A DNA stretch of 64,000 nt from Chamaesiphon sp. (GTDB lineage Bacteria > Cyanobacteriota > Cyanobacteriia > Cyanobacteriales > Chamaesiphonaceae). Positions 18,778 through 29,400 of this stretch are shown in pieces. The position numbers were made by a program, and so were the translations under genes. Below the pieces are notes generated by a model, which saw only the letters and a program-made list of their open reading frames with translations, did no database searches and was not told the DNA's origin. Each line of letters opens with the position of its first letter. Positions within the stretch are counted from its first letter, which is position 1. Location: positions 73,044-137,043 of the forward strand of contig CBDFFH010000044.1 in the NCBI GenBank assembly GCA_965246715.1, written 5' to 3'.

Positions 18778-21180
18778 ATGAGCAAAATTTGGTTTTTTAT
18801 CCTTACTGTGGGGCTAGTCTGTTTCCTGTGTCTGGTGGCTGGATTTAGTATTTCTCAGTCTGCGATCGTAATTCTGGTATTCGCGATCTTAATTGGGCTG
18901 TTTCTATTGCTAGTTTACGAAAAACCGATTCCAAGGTCAGCAAGAATATATTTGAAGCCAACAAATGCGCCTAGCCGCGCACCATCTTCGGCATTAGGAA
19001 ATCCGGTAATTGTACCAGTAGCTGAATCAGAACTTCCCAAGAAACTAGCAGCCCCGCTCCCACAACGGTTGCCAACAGTTAGCTTACCATCACCGCCGAT
19101 CGAGCCGCGCGATCTCCAGCTAGAAGTCCTCCCAAATTTTACAGTTGCACCATCGTCGATCGAAGAATCATTACTGTTTCGCGTTCTCGTTCAGGGGCTG
19201 TTTACGATCGGGATCGTTAGTGCGGATTTGGCTGTGGGCACTCATTACAGTCAGGTGGCGATTCCGATTACGACAGCAGGAGCGGCATGGAGTTGGTACC
19301 GTCGCCATCATAGTAAACATTGGCTGAATACGATCGTATCTGTCACGACGATCGCGTTTTTAATCGGGGTACTCGTCCCAACTTTGCTCAAAGAAGTTCA
19401 GATCGGTATCGACGGGGTAGCAATATCAGTTAAGTTCCAAGCAGCAATCGCGCTAGGGTTACAAATGCTGTTGGTGGATCTTCAGATGGGGTTGAGTTTT
19501 CATCTATACGGGCGCAAGGTGCTGGGTTATTGCGTGGCAATTAGTGGATTACTGATGGCTATCGCCGCTTGTTTGAGTCAAAGTATCGGCTTTATGATTT
19601 TGCTCAGTGGGTTTGTTGTGCTGGTGATTCCAACATTGATGCTAGATTATCGATCGCGACTCGCACTCAAGCCAGTGGGAATTTCGCCGATGCCTACCAA
19701 GCAACTGTTACCATATCGACACTTACCGTGGAAATATCTGAGTCAATTGGCAGCGATCGCTCTCGGAATAGGATTAATTTTAGCGGTATTCTTGCCTAAT
19801 TTTCATTTTCCCAATCTGTCGTTGCAGCTCCCTAGACAAATGGATGAAATTACGGCGCTGCAAAATCGAATGCACGATCTAGCGCAGCAGTCCCGGAGCG
19901 GTTCGCTACCAACAACCAATCCGGCTACACCGCAATTGAGTGTGAGTGAGATGGCAAGTAAATTATTGGGACAACCAGGAAATAATAATTATCCCGATCT
20001 TATTAAGCAGGATAATTTACAATTACCGCCGGAAATTGCGAGTAAATTGCAGCAGTTTACCAAGCAGATTTTGGCGACTGCGCCGCAACCACTCAACTCA
20101 GATTACGATCGCGCAGCATATTTAGCAGAGTATCTCAAACAGCATCGCCAAGCCGATCCTCAGCAACCAGAACCCACCAATCTGCCGCCAGTAGATGCTA
20201 AATCGATCCAGCAAATCATCACGAAATGTCCACCTGCTCTCCAGAATTGTCCGATCGTCGTTGCCACCGATCGAGATTTACCTGTAGTATACACTTCAAT
20301 GTTGCGCTCGATCGGCATTCCTGCGCGGCTAAAAACGGGCGACAAGCCGAGCGAATTAGATCCCAAAACTCAGATGTATACACGTCCTCCCGCAGCCTCA
20401 CAGAGCCAAACTGAGGTCTATTTTCCTAACTGGGGGTGGCTTGGCTTGGACTCGACACCCGATCGACCGTTACTCAATCCCGATGCGCGTCAACTCGCCC
20501 AACTTCAGCAGCAGGTGCAAACTAAGCCGCTCTCTTTCGCAGACCCCTCTTCCAGTCCGCAACCTACGCCTAGCCCATCCCCAGGAGGAAGTAATAATCC
20601 GGGACAATCTTCTCCAAGTGTACCTTCCCCAAATACACCTGTCCCAAATTTGCCTTTACCGAATACCTCCTCATTATTTACACCAAATAGTAATAAGTCA
20701 CCGAGTGATTCAACGCCCTCAAAGTCACCATTCGAGTTGCCTAAATGGGAACCCGATCCGCTAATTTTGAAAATAATCGTCGTTGCGCTTTGCATTGGGA
20801 TCGGGATTGCTTGGTATTTGCGCAAGCAAAAACAGCAGCAGCAACAATTAGCTGGTTTACCACCTGTCGAGCGGATCTATCGATCGATGCTGACAGAATT
20901 GAGCAAGCAAGGAACGTTCAAACGTCCGACCCAAACGCAGTTAGAATACGCTGACAGTACCAGTAAAATCTATCATCCTCAAATTGCTAAAGTAGTCCGC
21001 GAAATCTCCCAATCATATACAGCTTGGCGTTATGGCAAGCAAAAAACCGATGTCAAAGAGTTGACAAAAAAATTGCAATTTCTCCAACATCTCCAACAGT
21101 TAGCCGCCCACAGGGAGCGCCAGCAACAGATCGATCGATTCAAATCGCAATTGGGATTTAAAACACGTCCGCTTAAATAA
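18778..21180 (+). CDS. Membrane protein with degenerate transglutaminase-like domain and DUF4129-like C-terminus
   Basis: Multiple TM segments; MLRSIGIPARL and TEVYFPNWGWLGLDSTP; C-terminal RIYR.ML..L...G..K.PTQT.LEY...Y..WRYG. Confidence 0.75.
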   Translation: MSKIWFFILTVGLVCFLCLVAGFSISQSAIVILVFAILIGLFLLLVYEKPIPRSARIYLKPTNAPSRAPSSALGNPVIVPVAESELPKKLAAPLPQRLPTVSLPSPPIEPRDLQLEVLPNFTVAPSSIEESLLFRVLVQGLFTIGIVSADLAVGTHYSQVAIPITTAGAAWSWYRRHHSKHWLNTIVSVTTIAFLIGVLVPTLLKEVQIGIDGVAISVKFQAAIALGLQMLLVDLQMGLSFHLYGRKVLGYCVAISGLLMAIAACLSQSIGFMILLSGFVVLVIPTLMLDYRSRLALKPVGISPMPTKQLLPYRHLPWKYLSQLAAIALGIGLILAVFLPNFHFPNLSLQLPRQMDEITALQNRMHDLAQQSRSGSLPTTNPATPQLSVSEMASKLLGQPGNNNYPDLIKQDNLQLPPEIASKLQQFTKQILATAPQPLNSDYDRAAYLAEYLKQHRQADPQQPEPTNLPPVDAKSIQQIITKCPPALQNCPIVVATDRDLPVVYTSMLRSIGIPARLKTGDKPSELDPKTQMYTRPPAASQSQTEVYFPNWGWLGLDSTPDRPLLNPDARQLAQLQQQVQTKPLSFADPSSSPQPTPSPSPGGSNNPGQSSPSVPSPNTPVPNLPLPNTSSLFTPNSNKSPSDSTPSKSPFELPKWEPDPLILKIIVVALCIGIGIAWYLRKQKQQQQQLAGLPPVERIYRSMLTELSKQGTFKRPTQTQLEYADSTSKIYHPQIAKVVREISQSYTAWRYGKQKTDVKELTKKLQFLQHLQQLAAHRERQQQIDRFKSQLGFKTRPLK

Positions 21181-21289
21181 GCTAAGTTGCTATCTACGAG
21201 AACGTGAGTTCGACGCTACTCACTTTAATTTCTGTCGATCTAGTGGAAATGTTAGAATCCTTGAATATACGCTTGCCAGAGGTGTAGAG

Positions 21290-21654
21290 ATGACAGTTTC
21301 GATCGAGAAAATGACCCTAGCAGAATTCCTTATCGTTGGCGTAGCCTACCGGAGGTAATCGTGTTGATGGATATGCCGCCACCATTATTAGTTGTGGAAG
21401 TTGTCAGCCCGAATCAGGAGAAACGAGATTATCGTTATAAGCGGAGTGAATATGCCGCGCGGGGGATTGCCGAATATTGGATCGTCGATCCGTTGGCGGA
21501 GCCTCTCCAAGGGAGAATCGCGCAAAAGGTGACGGTGTTGGAATGGGTAGAGGGTTTGTATGAGGAGCAGGTGCATACGGGAGATAGTCAGATCGAGTCA
21601 AGTATATTGGGGAATATAGATTTGAAGGTCGAGCGAGTTTTACGCGGACGTTAA
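21290..21654 (+). pseudogene. Uma2-family endonuclease remnant with internal deletion and two micro-insertions
   Basis: MTVSIEKMTLAEFL then a stop; C-terminal half PPLLVVEVVSP..RDYRYKRSEYAARGIAEYWIVDP; the middle part is absent. Confidence 0.8.
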
Positions 21655-21675
21655 TTTTGGTGTGTAATATCTTCG

Positions 21676-22770
21676 CTAACCCACTTGTTCATCAATGACT
21701 GGCAGAGGTGCAAAAAATGGATTGACTTTTTCATGCTCTAATATCTCTAGAATTGCTAAATTTAATTGTTTTTCAGCTTTGAAATATAGCTTTTCTTCCT
21801 TAACAAATGCCAAGATTTCGAGCGTCCGAATATTTAGTTCGATTTTACTAAATCGAACGCGACAGAGTTCGTAGCAGCAGTGCATCGATTTGGGTATTTC
21901 TTGAATACGATCGCAAATTCGTTCGGTTTGCTCGGCGGAAATACTATCTAATTTGAGGATGATATTAACACCTAATCTCATGTCTCTAGTCGGGTTCTGC
22001 GACCAATTTTCAACGGTGCCAGCAACCATTTTAGAATTTGGCATCTTGAGAATCGAACCACTATCTAATAAATGTAAAGTTGTCGTTCTAAATCCGATTT
22101 TGACAATTCGTGCAGAACCACTAGTACCAGTTACTTTTATCCAGTCACCTTCTTTAAATACCCGATCTAAGTAGATAATCATCGTACAGAACCAGTCGTA
22201 TAAGATATCTTTGAATACTAGTCCCAATGTAATCCCAGCACCACCGAGCAACCCAACTAAGGCTGTCGCTGATTGTCCCAAAAATAGCTCGCTTAACTTA
22301 ATCGCAATTAGGACGAGCGCCACTAATTGAAAGATCTTCGGCATCAGTGGCTGTAACAATTCATCTAGGTCTGTACCAGTTTGTAGCACCTCATGTGCGA
22401 AAATCTTACCTAAAATTGAAGACGCTTGATAGAGTGCATATGAAAAAGTAAAGAGCGCAATTATGTAAAGAATTTTGGTAAAGATATCGTTTAATTGCAT
22501 CCCGATGTTATCTGCGAGAATCTCTTTAACCGTCCACAGTCCACCGATTAAAAATAGATAACTCAACGACGATCTAAGAATCGATACGATTTCATCGCTC
22601 AAACTTAGTTTGATTTTACCTGCAAACCGGCGGAGATTTTTAATCGCGATCGCGACCAGGATTTTTTTTAAGATCTGAATTAATGCGAGAATGGAGAGGG
22701 CGATCGCAATTTTGACGATCGGGATACTGGAATAATTTATATTTCTGAGAGCATTTAAAATTAGATCCAT
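21676..22770 (-). CDS. MscS-family mechanosensitive channel
   Basis: TM segments, GLLGGAGITLGLVFKD, FKEGDWIKV, IGFRTT, PNS. Confidence 0.85.
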   Translation of the reverse strand: MDLILNALRNINYSSIPIVKIAIALSILALIQILKKILVAIAIKNLRRFAGKIKLSLSDEIVSILRSSLSYLFLIGGLWTVKEILADNIGMQLNDIFTKILYIIALFTFSYALYQASSILGKIFAHEVLQTGTDLDELLQPLMPKIFQLVALVLIAIKLSELFLGQSATALVGLLGGAGITLGLVFKDILYDWFCTMIIYLDRVFKEGDWIKVTGTSGSARIVKIGFRTTTLHLLDSGSILKMPNSKMVAGTVENWSQNPTRDMRLGVNIILKLDSISAEQTERICDRIQEIPKSMHCCYELCRVRFSKIELNIRTLEILAFVKEEKLYFKAEKQLNLAILEILEHEKVNPFFAPLPVIDEQVG

Positions 22771-22960
22771 GTTTGGGTATATCGATCGGTATCGGAGCAT
22801 TAATCTGCCAGCCTATTTCCACGCAAATTTACTCCCGAGCAATAACATCCTACCTCGGATCTATTTTATTCCCAAACTAATATACAGATTTACCAGATCG
22901 CGATCTTCAGCCCCTCCAATGCGGAGCTACCAGATCCAAATAAGTTTGGTTAGCTCGCCG

Positions 22961-23142
22961 GGCGTTGCTGAATTAATGTATGAAACGCACAAACAATTTT
23001 TGTAGGGGTAATGCCTCGTGCTTACCCCGCATCGATTCAGGGTACCCACAAGCGGCGTTTTTATTCGGGGGTTCCCCCCGAATAAAAAAACGACAAGACA
23101 GGAGCACCCCTACAAAAAATCATACCCATATTCAGCAACGCC
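22961..23142. mobile_element. MITE family B, IS1-like ends, 8-bp target-site duplication
   Basis: ggcgttgctgaat ... attcagcaacgcc; GCTCGCCG at 22953-22960 and 23143-23150. Confidence 0.9.
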
Positions 23143-23195
23143 GCTCGCCGCTTGCCTCAATACATAAATATTGTTTTACCCGTAGATCTAGTGAT

Positions 23196-26156
23196 TCAAC
23201 TATCAACTCCAGCGATCGGGGCAAAGCCTTGACGTTGAACGTTTTCGGTGATGACGCGGGGTTCGAGGAATTGGAGGAGATAATCTGCGCCGCCAGCTTT
23301 GGAACCGACACCGGAGAGTTTGAAGCCACCGAACGGTTGGCGGGAGACGATCGCACCTGTAATGGCACGATTGATATAGAGATTACCTACTTCAAATTCA
23401 TCGCGCACGCGATCGATATGCGAGGGGGTGCGGGAGTACAAACCACCCGTGAGTGCATAGTCGGTGTGATTGGCAAAGGCGATCGCTTCGTCAAAATCAG
23501 CCGCCCGAATAACGGCTAAAACGGGGCCAAAGATCTCGCGTTGGGCGATGGTAGCGGTGGGGGGTACATCGCTAAAGATCGTGGGATTGACGAAATAACC
23601 TCCGGTAGGCGCAGAAACTTCTAGCGCGAGGGTGGCTTCGGTTTTGCCCAGTTCGATCGTTTCCTGAATCCGCAGTTGGGCGGTGCGATCGATAACTGGG
23701 CCGATTTGGGTGCTAGGCTGCTCGGCCATCCCGATATTGAGCGATCGCGTGGCTTCGATTAAGCGGTTGACGAAGGCCTCATAAATTGGTGCGAGGACGA
23801 TGGTACGGGAACATGCCGAACATTTTTGGCCGCTATAACCGAAGGTGGACTGAACTACTCCGGCTACAGCACGATCGAGGTCGGCACTTTCATCGACGAT
23901 AATCGCATTTTTACCACCCATTTCGGCAATGACCCGCTTGAGGTGTTTTTGCCCTGGCTGTAAAATCGCCGCATCGGCGTAGATCTGACAGCCGACAGCT
24001 TGAGAACCTGTAAAGGCGATCGTGTGTACGTCGGGATGTTTGACGAGGTAGGAGCCGATGTTCGACCCGATTCCTGGGAGATATTGAAATACGCCAGCCG
24101 GGATGCCTGCGGCGACTAAAATTTCGGCAAGTTTTGCACCAATTATCGAGGAAGTTTCGGCGGGTTTGAGCAGGGTGCAATTTCCGGCGACGAGCGATGC
24201 CACTACCATCCCGCAGGGAATCGCGAGCGGGAAGTTCCAGGGGGAGATGACGACGGTAATCCCGCGCGGTTGATAGCGATAGCGGTTGGTTTCGCCAGGA
24301 AGATCGGCGTTTGCGCCAGTGTCGAGGCGTTCCATTTCTGCGGCATAGTAGTTACAAAAATCGATCGCTTCGGAAACTTCGGCATCGGCATCCCGCAGGG
24401 GTTTACCAACTTCTAGCACGATGAGGGCCGTCAGTTCGGCACGACGGTGGGCGATTGTATTCGCTGCTTGGCGCAGGATCTTGGCGCGGGTGGAAACTGG
24501 AGTTTTGCGCCACTGGGGAAAAGCGGCTTTGGCAGTGGCGACAGCGCGAGCGGCATCATCGATCGAGCATAACCCGACTCGCCCGATAATTTCCTCAAAA
24601 TTAGACGGATTGACAGACTCGATCGATTCGGCGGTCGCAATATATTCACCATTAATTAGCGGTAAATACATCTTCCCAAAAGTTTGCCGGACGCTCGCAA
24701 AAGCTTGCTGCGCTCTTCCTCTGGCTTCGGCATCCGCATAATCGGTATCGGGAGCATTATTAAAGTCTCGCTCTAATTCAAATACACTTGCTACGCCAAC
24801 TTCTGGCGGTGCGAGTAATTCGGCGATCGGACGTTCTTCCAAATTTTGGCGGAGGAAGGAACTATTGGCGGTATTTTCTAATAAGCGGCGGATCAAATAT
24901 GCCATGCCGGGCAATAAATCGCCGTAGGGACAATAGACTCTGACGCGATGACCGCGCGCGACTAGAGCGCGGGCGAGTTTGTCACCCATCCCATACAGGA
25001 CTTGCAGCTCAAAGCAACGATTGGGGACTTTTAAAGCTTCAGCAATTGCGATCGCTTTTGCTTGAGATCGAACATTATGACTCCCGATCGCGCTATAAAT
25101 ATACTGGTAATTTTCCAGCATTAATTCGGTGAGCGCTTCAAAATTGGCATCCGTTGCTGCTTTGTCATTGTAGACGGGTTGTGCCCAATCTTTTTGAGCT
25201 GCTTGGATCGTTTCGGTATCCCAATAAGCACCTTTAACTAACCGCACCGTCACGGGAGCACCGCGCAATTTTGCCCAGTCGATTATTTCTTGCAAATCAG
25301 TTTTACTATCGCGTAAATAAGCTTGAATCGTCATGCCGATATCGGTACGCTGACGAAATTCGTCCTCTATCAATAACTGCTTGAGAATAGCTAACGTAAG
25401 ATTCTTATATTCATACTGCTCCATATCGAAATGGATTGCCGCACCAACCGATCGCGCATGACGTAATAATAAGCGCAATCTTTCAATCACTCGTTCCTGA
25501 CTTCCTTGCGGATCTAACGGATCGAATTGAGAATAAAAAGCGGTTAATTTTACCGATACTTGTACTCGGGGAATTGCGCCTCCATCCGCCAGATCGATTG
25601 CGGGTACCTGTGCCCAAGTTTTGGCAGCATCGGTGAGTTGGGTGATTAATTCTAAATAGCGATCGAAATAAAATTTAGCTTCGGCTTCGGTAATTACTGC
25701 CTCGCCAAGTAAATCGATCGTAAATGCCATCTTATCCTGGCGTAAACGGGATACTGTTTTAATTATTTGCTGAATATTTTCGCCAGCAATATATTTGTGA
25801 GCTAAGGTTTCGATCGCTGTCGCTACCGTTGTCGCCCCGACTTGTCCGGTTAAGCGATCGCTTAATAATCCCTTTAAAGCTGAAGGTAATTCAACACTAG
25901 TGTCACCTAAGTATTCTTGGAGATGTCGAGCGATTTCAGTTTTACTTTTGAGGGCGGGGAGACAATCGATGAATCGAAATAATTGTACTCGTAAATTGGG
26001 ATTTTCCATCGTCCAAGCTAGCAACTTGTCATCCCAGCGGAGATTATCGCGCATTTTGGCAAAGAAAGAACGATTCTCCCGAGTTGCGGCTAATAAATCT
26101 GTGGCGATCGTTTGAAGTTCGGATTCGTAACTGCGATCGGAGTTTAACAGCAACAC
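23196..26156 (-). CDS. putA: Bifunctional proline dehydrogenase / glutamate semialdehyde dehydrogenase
   Basis: RLVKGAYWD, YLIRRLLENTAN, ISPWNFP, AEMGGKN, GQKCSACS; probable GTG start at 26156 after AGGAGA. Confidence 0.95.
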   Translation of the reverse strand: MLLLNSDRSYESELQTIATDLLAATRENRSFFAKMRDNLRWDDKLLAWTMENPNLRVQLFRFIDCLPALKSKTEIARHLQEYLGDTSVELPSALKGLLSDRLTGQVGATTVATAIETLAHKYIAGENIQQIIKTVSRLRQDKMAFTIDLLGEAVITEAEAKFYFDRYLELITQLTDAAKTWAQVPAIDLADGGAIPRVQVSVKLTAFYSQFDPLDPQGSQERVIERLRLLLRHARSVGAAIHFDMEQYEYKNLTLAILKQLLIEDEFRQRTDIGMTIQAYLRDSKTDLQEIIDWAKLRGAPVTVRLVKGAYWDTETIQAAQKDWAQPVYNDKAATDANFEALTELMLENYQYIYSAIGSHNVRSQAKAIAIAEALKVPNRCFELQVLYGMGDKLARALVARGHRVRVYCPYGDLLPGMAYLIRRLLENTANSSFLRQNLEERPIAELLAPPEVGVASVFELERDFNNAPDTDYADAEARGRAQQAFASVRQTFGKMYLPLINGEYIATAESIESVNPSNFEEIIGRVGLCSIDDAARAVATAKAAFPQWRKTPVSTRAKILRQAANTIAHRRAELTALIVLEVGKPLRDADAEVSEAIDFCNYYAAEMERLDTGANADLPGETNRYRYQPRGITVVISPWNFPLAIPCGMVVASLVAGNCTLLKPAETSSIIGAKLAEILVAAGIPAGVFQYLPGIGSNIGSYLVKHPDVHTIAFTGSQAVGCQIYADAAILQPGQKHLKRVIAEMGGKNAIIVDESADLDRAVAGVVQSTFGYSGQKCSACSRTIVLAPIYEAFVNRLIEATRSLNIGMAEQPSTQIGPVIDRTAQLRIQETIELGKTEATLALEVSAPTGGYFVNPTIFSDVPPTATIAQREIFGPVLAVIRAADFDEAIAFANHTDYALTGGLYSRTPSHIDRVRDEFEVGNLYINRAITGAIVSRQPFGGFKLSGVGSKAGGADYLLQFLEPRVITENVQRQGFAPIAGVDS

Positions 26157-26420
26157 AATTATTTTTCTCCTTAAATTATCGTTAGCGCAAGGGGATATAT
26201 TCAAGATAATCTGTCGTGGCGGTGGACAGTGCTCGCGACGGACAGTTTTAGAGGCGATCTTCTGTGTTTGATAAATTATGACAAACTAGTTAGAATCTAT
26301 TCTAGCGTGAGTCTGCAAGGGGGCGCGAAGCAGGTTAAGAGCGAGGCACCCCTACAGATTTAACTATGTAGGGGTGCCGATAGGATTGTAGTAGTAATCA
26401 TCCTGTGAGATTAGCGATCG

Positions 26421-29400
26421 TTAGAGCGTAAATCGATCGACGACATATGCCCCAATCTTTTGACCCAGTGTCAAGCCATCCTGATTGGCAAATTGGAAGT
26501 GAATCCCGCCATAAATCCGACTTTGCCCGGCTTCGGCGGCAGCGGCATCGAAACCAGTGAAGCTGCGCGTGACATCTGGTAAGCCCTTGGAGCCAGTATT
26601 AAAGCTGAAATTACTCCCAAAAGCGCGGTCTAGGACGGTTGCCGCCGCAGCACTAAAGGTACTGTGCCCCGAGACGTATTCGGGGAAGGGTGGCGTACCG
26701 ATTAATGGCAGCCAAGTTGCATCAGCGATCGTACCCGCATTGCCATCGAGATCTGCCTGGCGAATTGCGGTAATCGGTCGCCAAGTATTATAGGTATACT
26801 TAGCATCCCAAGCAGCAATTCCCGCATCTGCCAGCGCGATATTTAACACGGCGAAGATGCGCGCGTTATCCAGCAGGCTCTTCCCGGTGATACTTGCGGC
26901 AGTAGCAGCGATATCATTCCAATGTCCGGGTGGTGTGAATGTCCCACCCCCATCAGCCCAGAACAGGGCGATCTGAGTTTGGTCGGCAGTCCGGATCGAC
27001 GAGTTTTTGGCACCATAAGCCTTAGTTTCATTAAAGGCTTGGGTATATTCAGTGCTAGTCAGACTGGGCGCGCCTGTCGGGCGGAATTGTGAGCCAGTGG
27101 TGATGCCGAATGGTGTCACATTGCCCCATTGTGGTAGTAGCGCAGTTGCAAAGGTAGGTAAATCGGGTCGCCAGTCGCCAGGGTTGGTACCAGGCGTATA
27201 AGTAACGGGATCGGTTGCCCCATCGGTTTGTCGCCATGCAAGCGTACTTGCAGCGACGGCATCACCGAGAGCGATACCTGCGGCTGTGGCAGCAGCGGTT
27301 GCACCATTGAGAAGTGAACTCGCTAATACACCATCAAAATATGCTTGTTGGGTAGGGTAGAACGCAGAGAGGATCTTCGCGGCAGCTTCGGCGGCAGCGG
27401 CAATTTCATCCGCTCCAGCGATGGGGGTGCCAGTGAAGTGATATTCAGCATACTTTTGCTCGACTGCGTTGGCAGCATCGTACATCGCTGTGTGTACCAT
27501 TGCCAAAATCCGCGCTGCTGCTGGTGGTGGAGTTTTAGCAGTCGCGATCGCATTGAGGGCAACATGGTTCCAAGTGAGGATGACATCGTCAGGATTGGTT
27601 CGCGTAATCATCGTGTTGCTGGTGGCGATTTCCCCATTGGCATCGATGGTGCTGACGGTAAACTGATTAGCACCAAACGCTAGTGCGACCCCAGTAAATG
27701 TCGCTGTCCCAGTAGCATCGGCAATCGCCGTCAGTTGGCCTAATTTAACCGTCAACCCGGCTTGAGTTTTGGCAACTAAGTCTACGAGATTCGCACTCGT
27801 AACTAAATCGCCGCTGACTCCGGTATCGCTGGACTTCGCCAGTACCAGACTAGCGCGATTGGTATTGGCCGCTTGACTGTTAAAGTTAAGAGTTGTCGCC
27901 CCAACAGGAACACCGCTAGCTGAGACACCACGCGCGATTAGGCTGTGCGTGCCGAACGCGAGTTTGCCACCGGCGAGGCTATCTAATTGTGCAGGTAATA
28001 ATTGGAAGGAACCATCCGCTTGCAAGACGGTAGTGAGATCGGTGTAATTACTATTGCCGTCGAGGGCAAATTCTAAACGGGCGATCCGTTGTTTTTCGGC
28101 AATCCGTCCGCGCACGTTGAGATCGCTAGTAATCCCATCGTTATTTTTAATCCCAGTATCGTTGAGTAACGCGATCGACAGTAATGGCCCACAGGCGACG
28201 GTAACGGCATAAGTATGGCTGACGCTATTCCCCGCGAGATCGGTAGCAACGATCGTCAGATCGTGCGTGCCATCGTTAACTCCAGTAAAGTCGAAGAGCG
28301 AATCGAATACGAATGTCCCAGTGGGGGTAGGCGTGAGCTGAGTCGCTGCTGCGCCATTAAATTGATAGCTAAGCGTTGCAATATTACTATCGGTAACTTG
28401 TCCAGCAAAGTGCGAAGACCAATTTAAGACAATCCCCGCTAAGTTTTGTGCCAGTTGAATTTGGGGGGCGACGGTATCGATCGCGATTGCGAGCGCAGTC
28501 GGTGTACTGCTAACATTACCAGCAATGTCGGTGGCAATCGCCGTGAGGTGATGGTTGCCATCACTCAACGGACTGGCGGTAAGCTGCCACTTGCCATCGG
28601 CACCAACGGTAGTTTGACCGATCGATTGCATCCCATCGCGGAGTTGAATTGTCGCCCCACTCTCACCTGTTCCCGTCAATGTCGGCGTGTTAATCTTGGT
28701 GAGCCGATCGGTATTACTAGTCCCTGTATCACTGGCGGTTACTAGTTGCAGGGTGGGAATCACGATCTTCGTATCTAAGGTAAAGGTACAGTCGAAACTC
28801 GACTGATTGCCATTTTTATCGATCGCACTCAGATGGAGGGTATGCGTGCCATCAGCGAGAGTACCACCAGCGATCTGGTCTAATTGCGGGCGACTGAAGC
28901 TGAAGATGCCACCTGGTTGCAGGCTGGTAGTGACATTTTGCCAGCTACCTGCGGGGGTAGTATCGAATCCAGCTTTGAAGGTGGCGATCCTACTAGTATC
29001 GGCGATTTTCCCGGCGATCGTTGCGTCGTTGGTCAGCTTGTCGGTACTACTCCTACCTGTATCATTTGCCAAACCCGCAGCGATAACTGGGGCGACTAAA
29101 TCTACATAAGTTACCGAAATGCGATCGTTGAAGATGATATCTTTTTGACTGGAGATCGTGCCAGCTAACTCAGTTCGATCGTTTGTGGTAAACGCCCCCG
29201 CGCTCAGAAAGCTACCACGCAAGATTGCGACATCGTTAAATGTAATCCGTCCTTGAGAAATAACCTGGAGGTTTTGGAGGGTATTGGTGCCACAGATGCG
29301 ACCGTTAAAGGTGATGTCACCACTACCATTGGCAAGGAGACTATTGCCACCGAGTTTGACGGTATCGCTAGTAGTAATCTTGCCAGCTGCCAATACCGCG

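Noticed and set aside
22980..23519. 179-aa ORF
   Set aside because: Runs through a MITE and antisense to putA.
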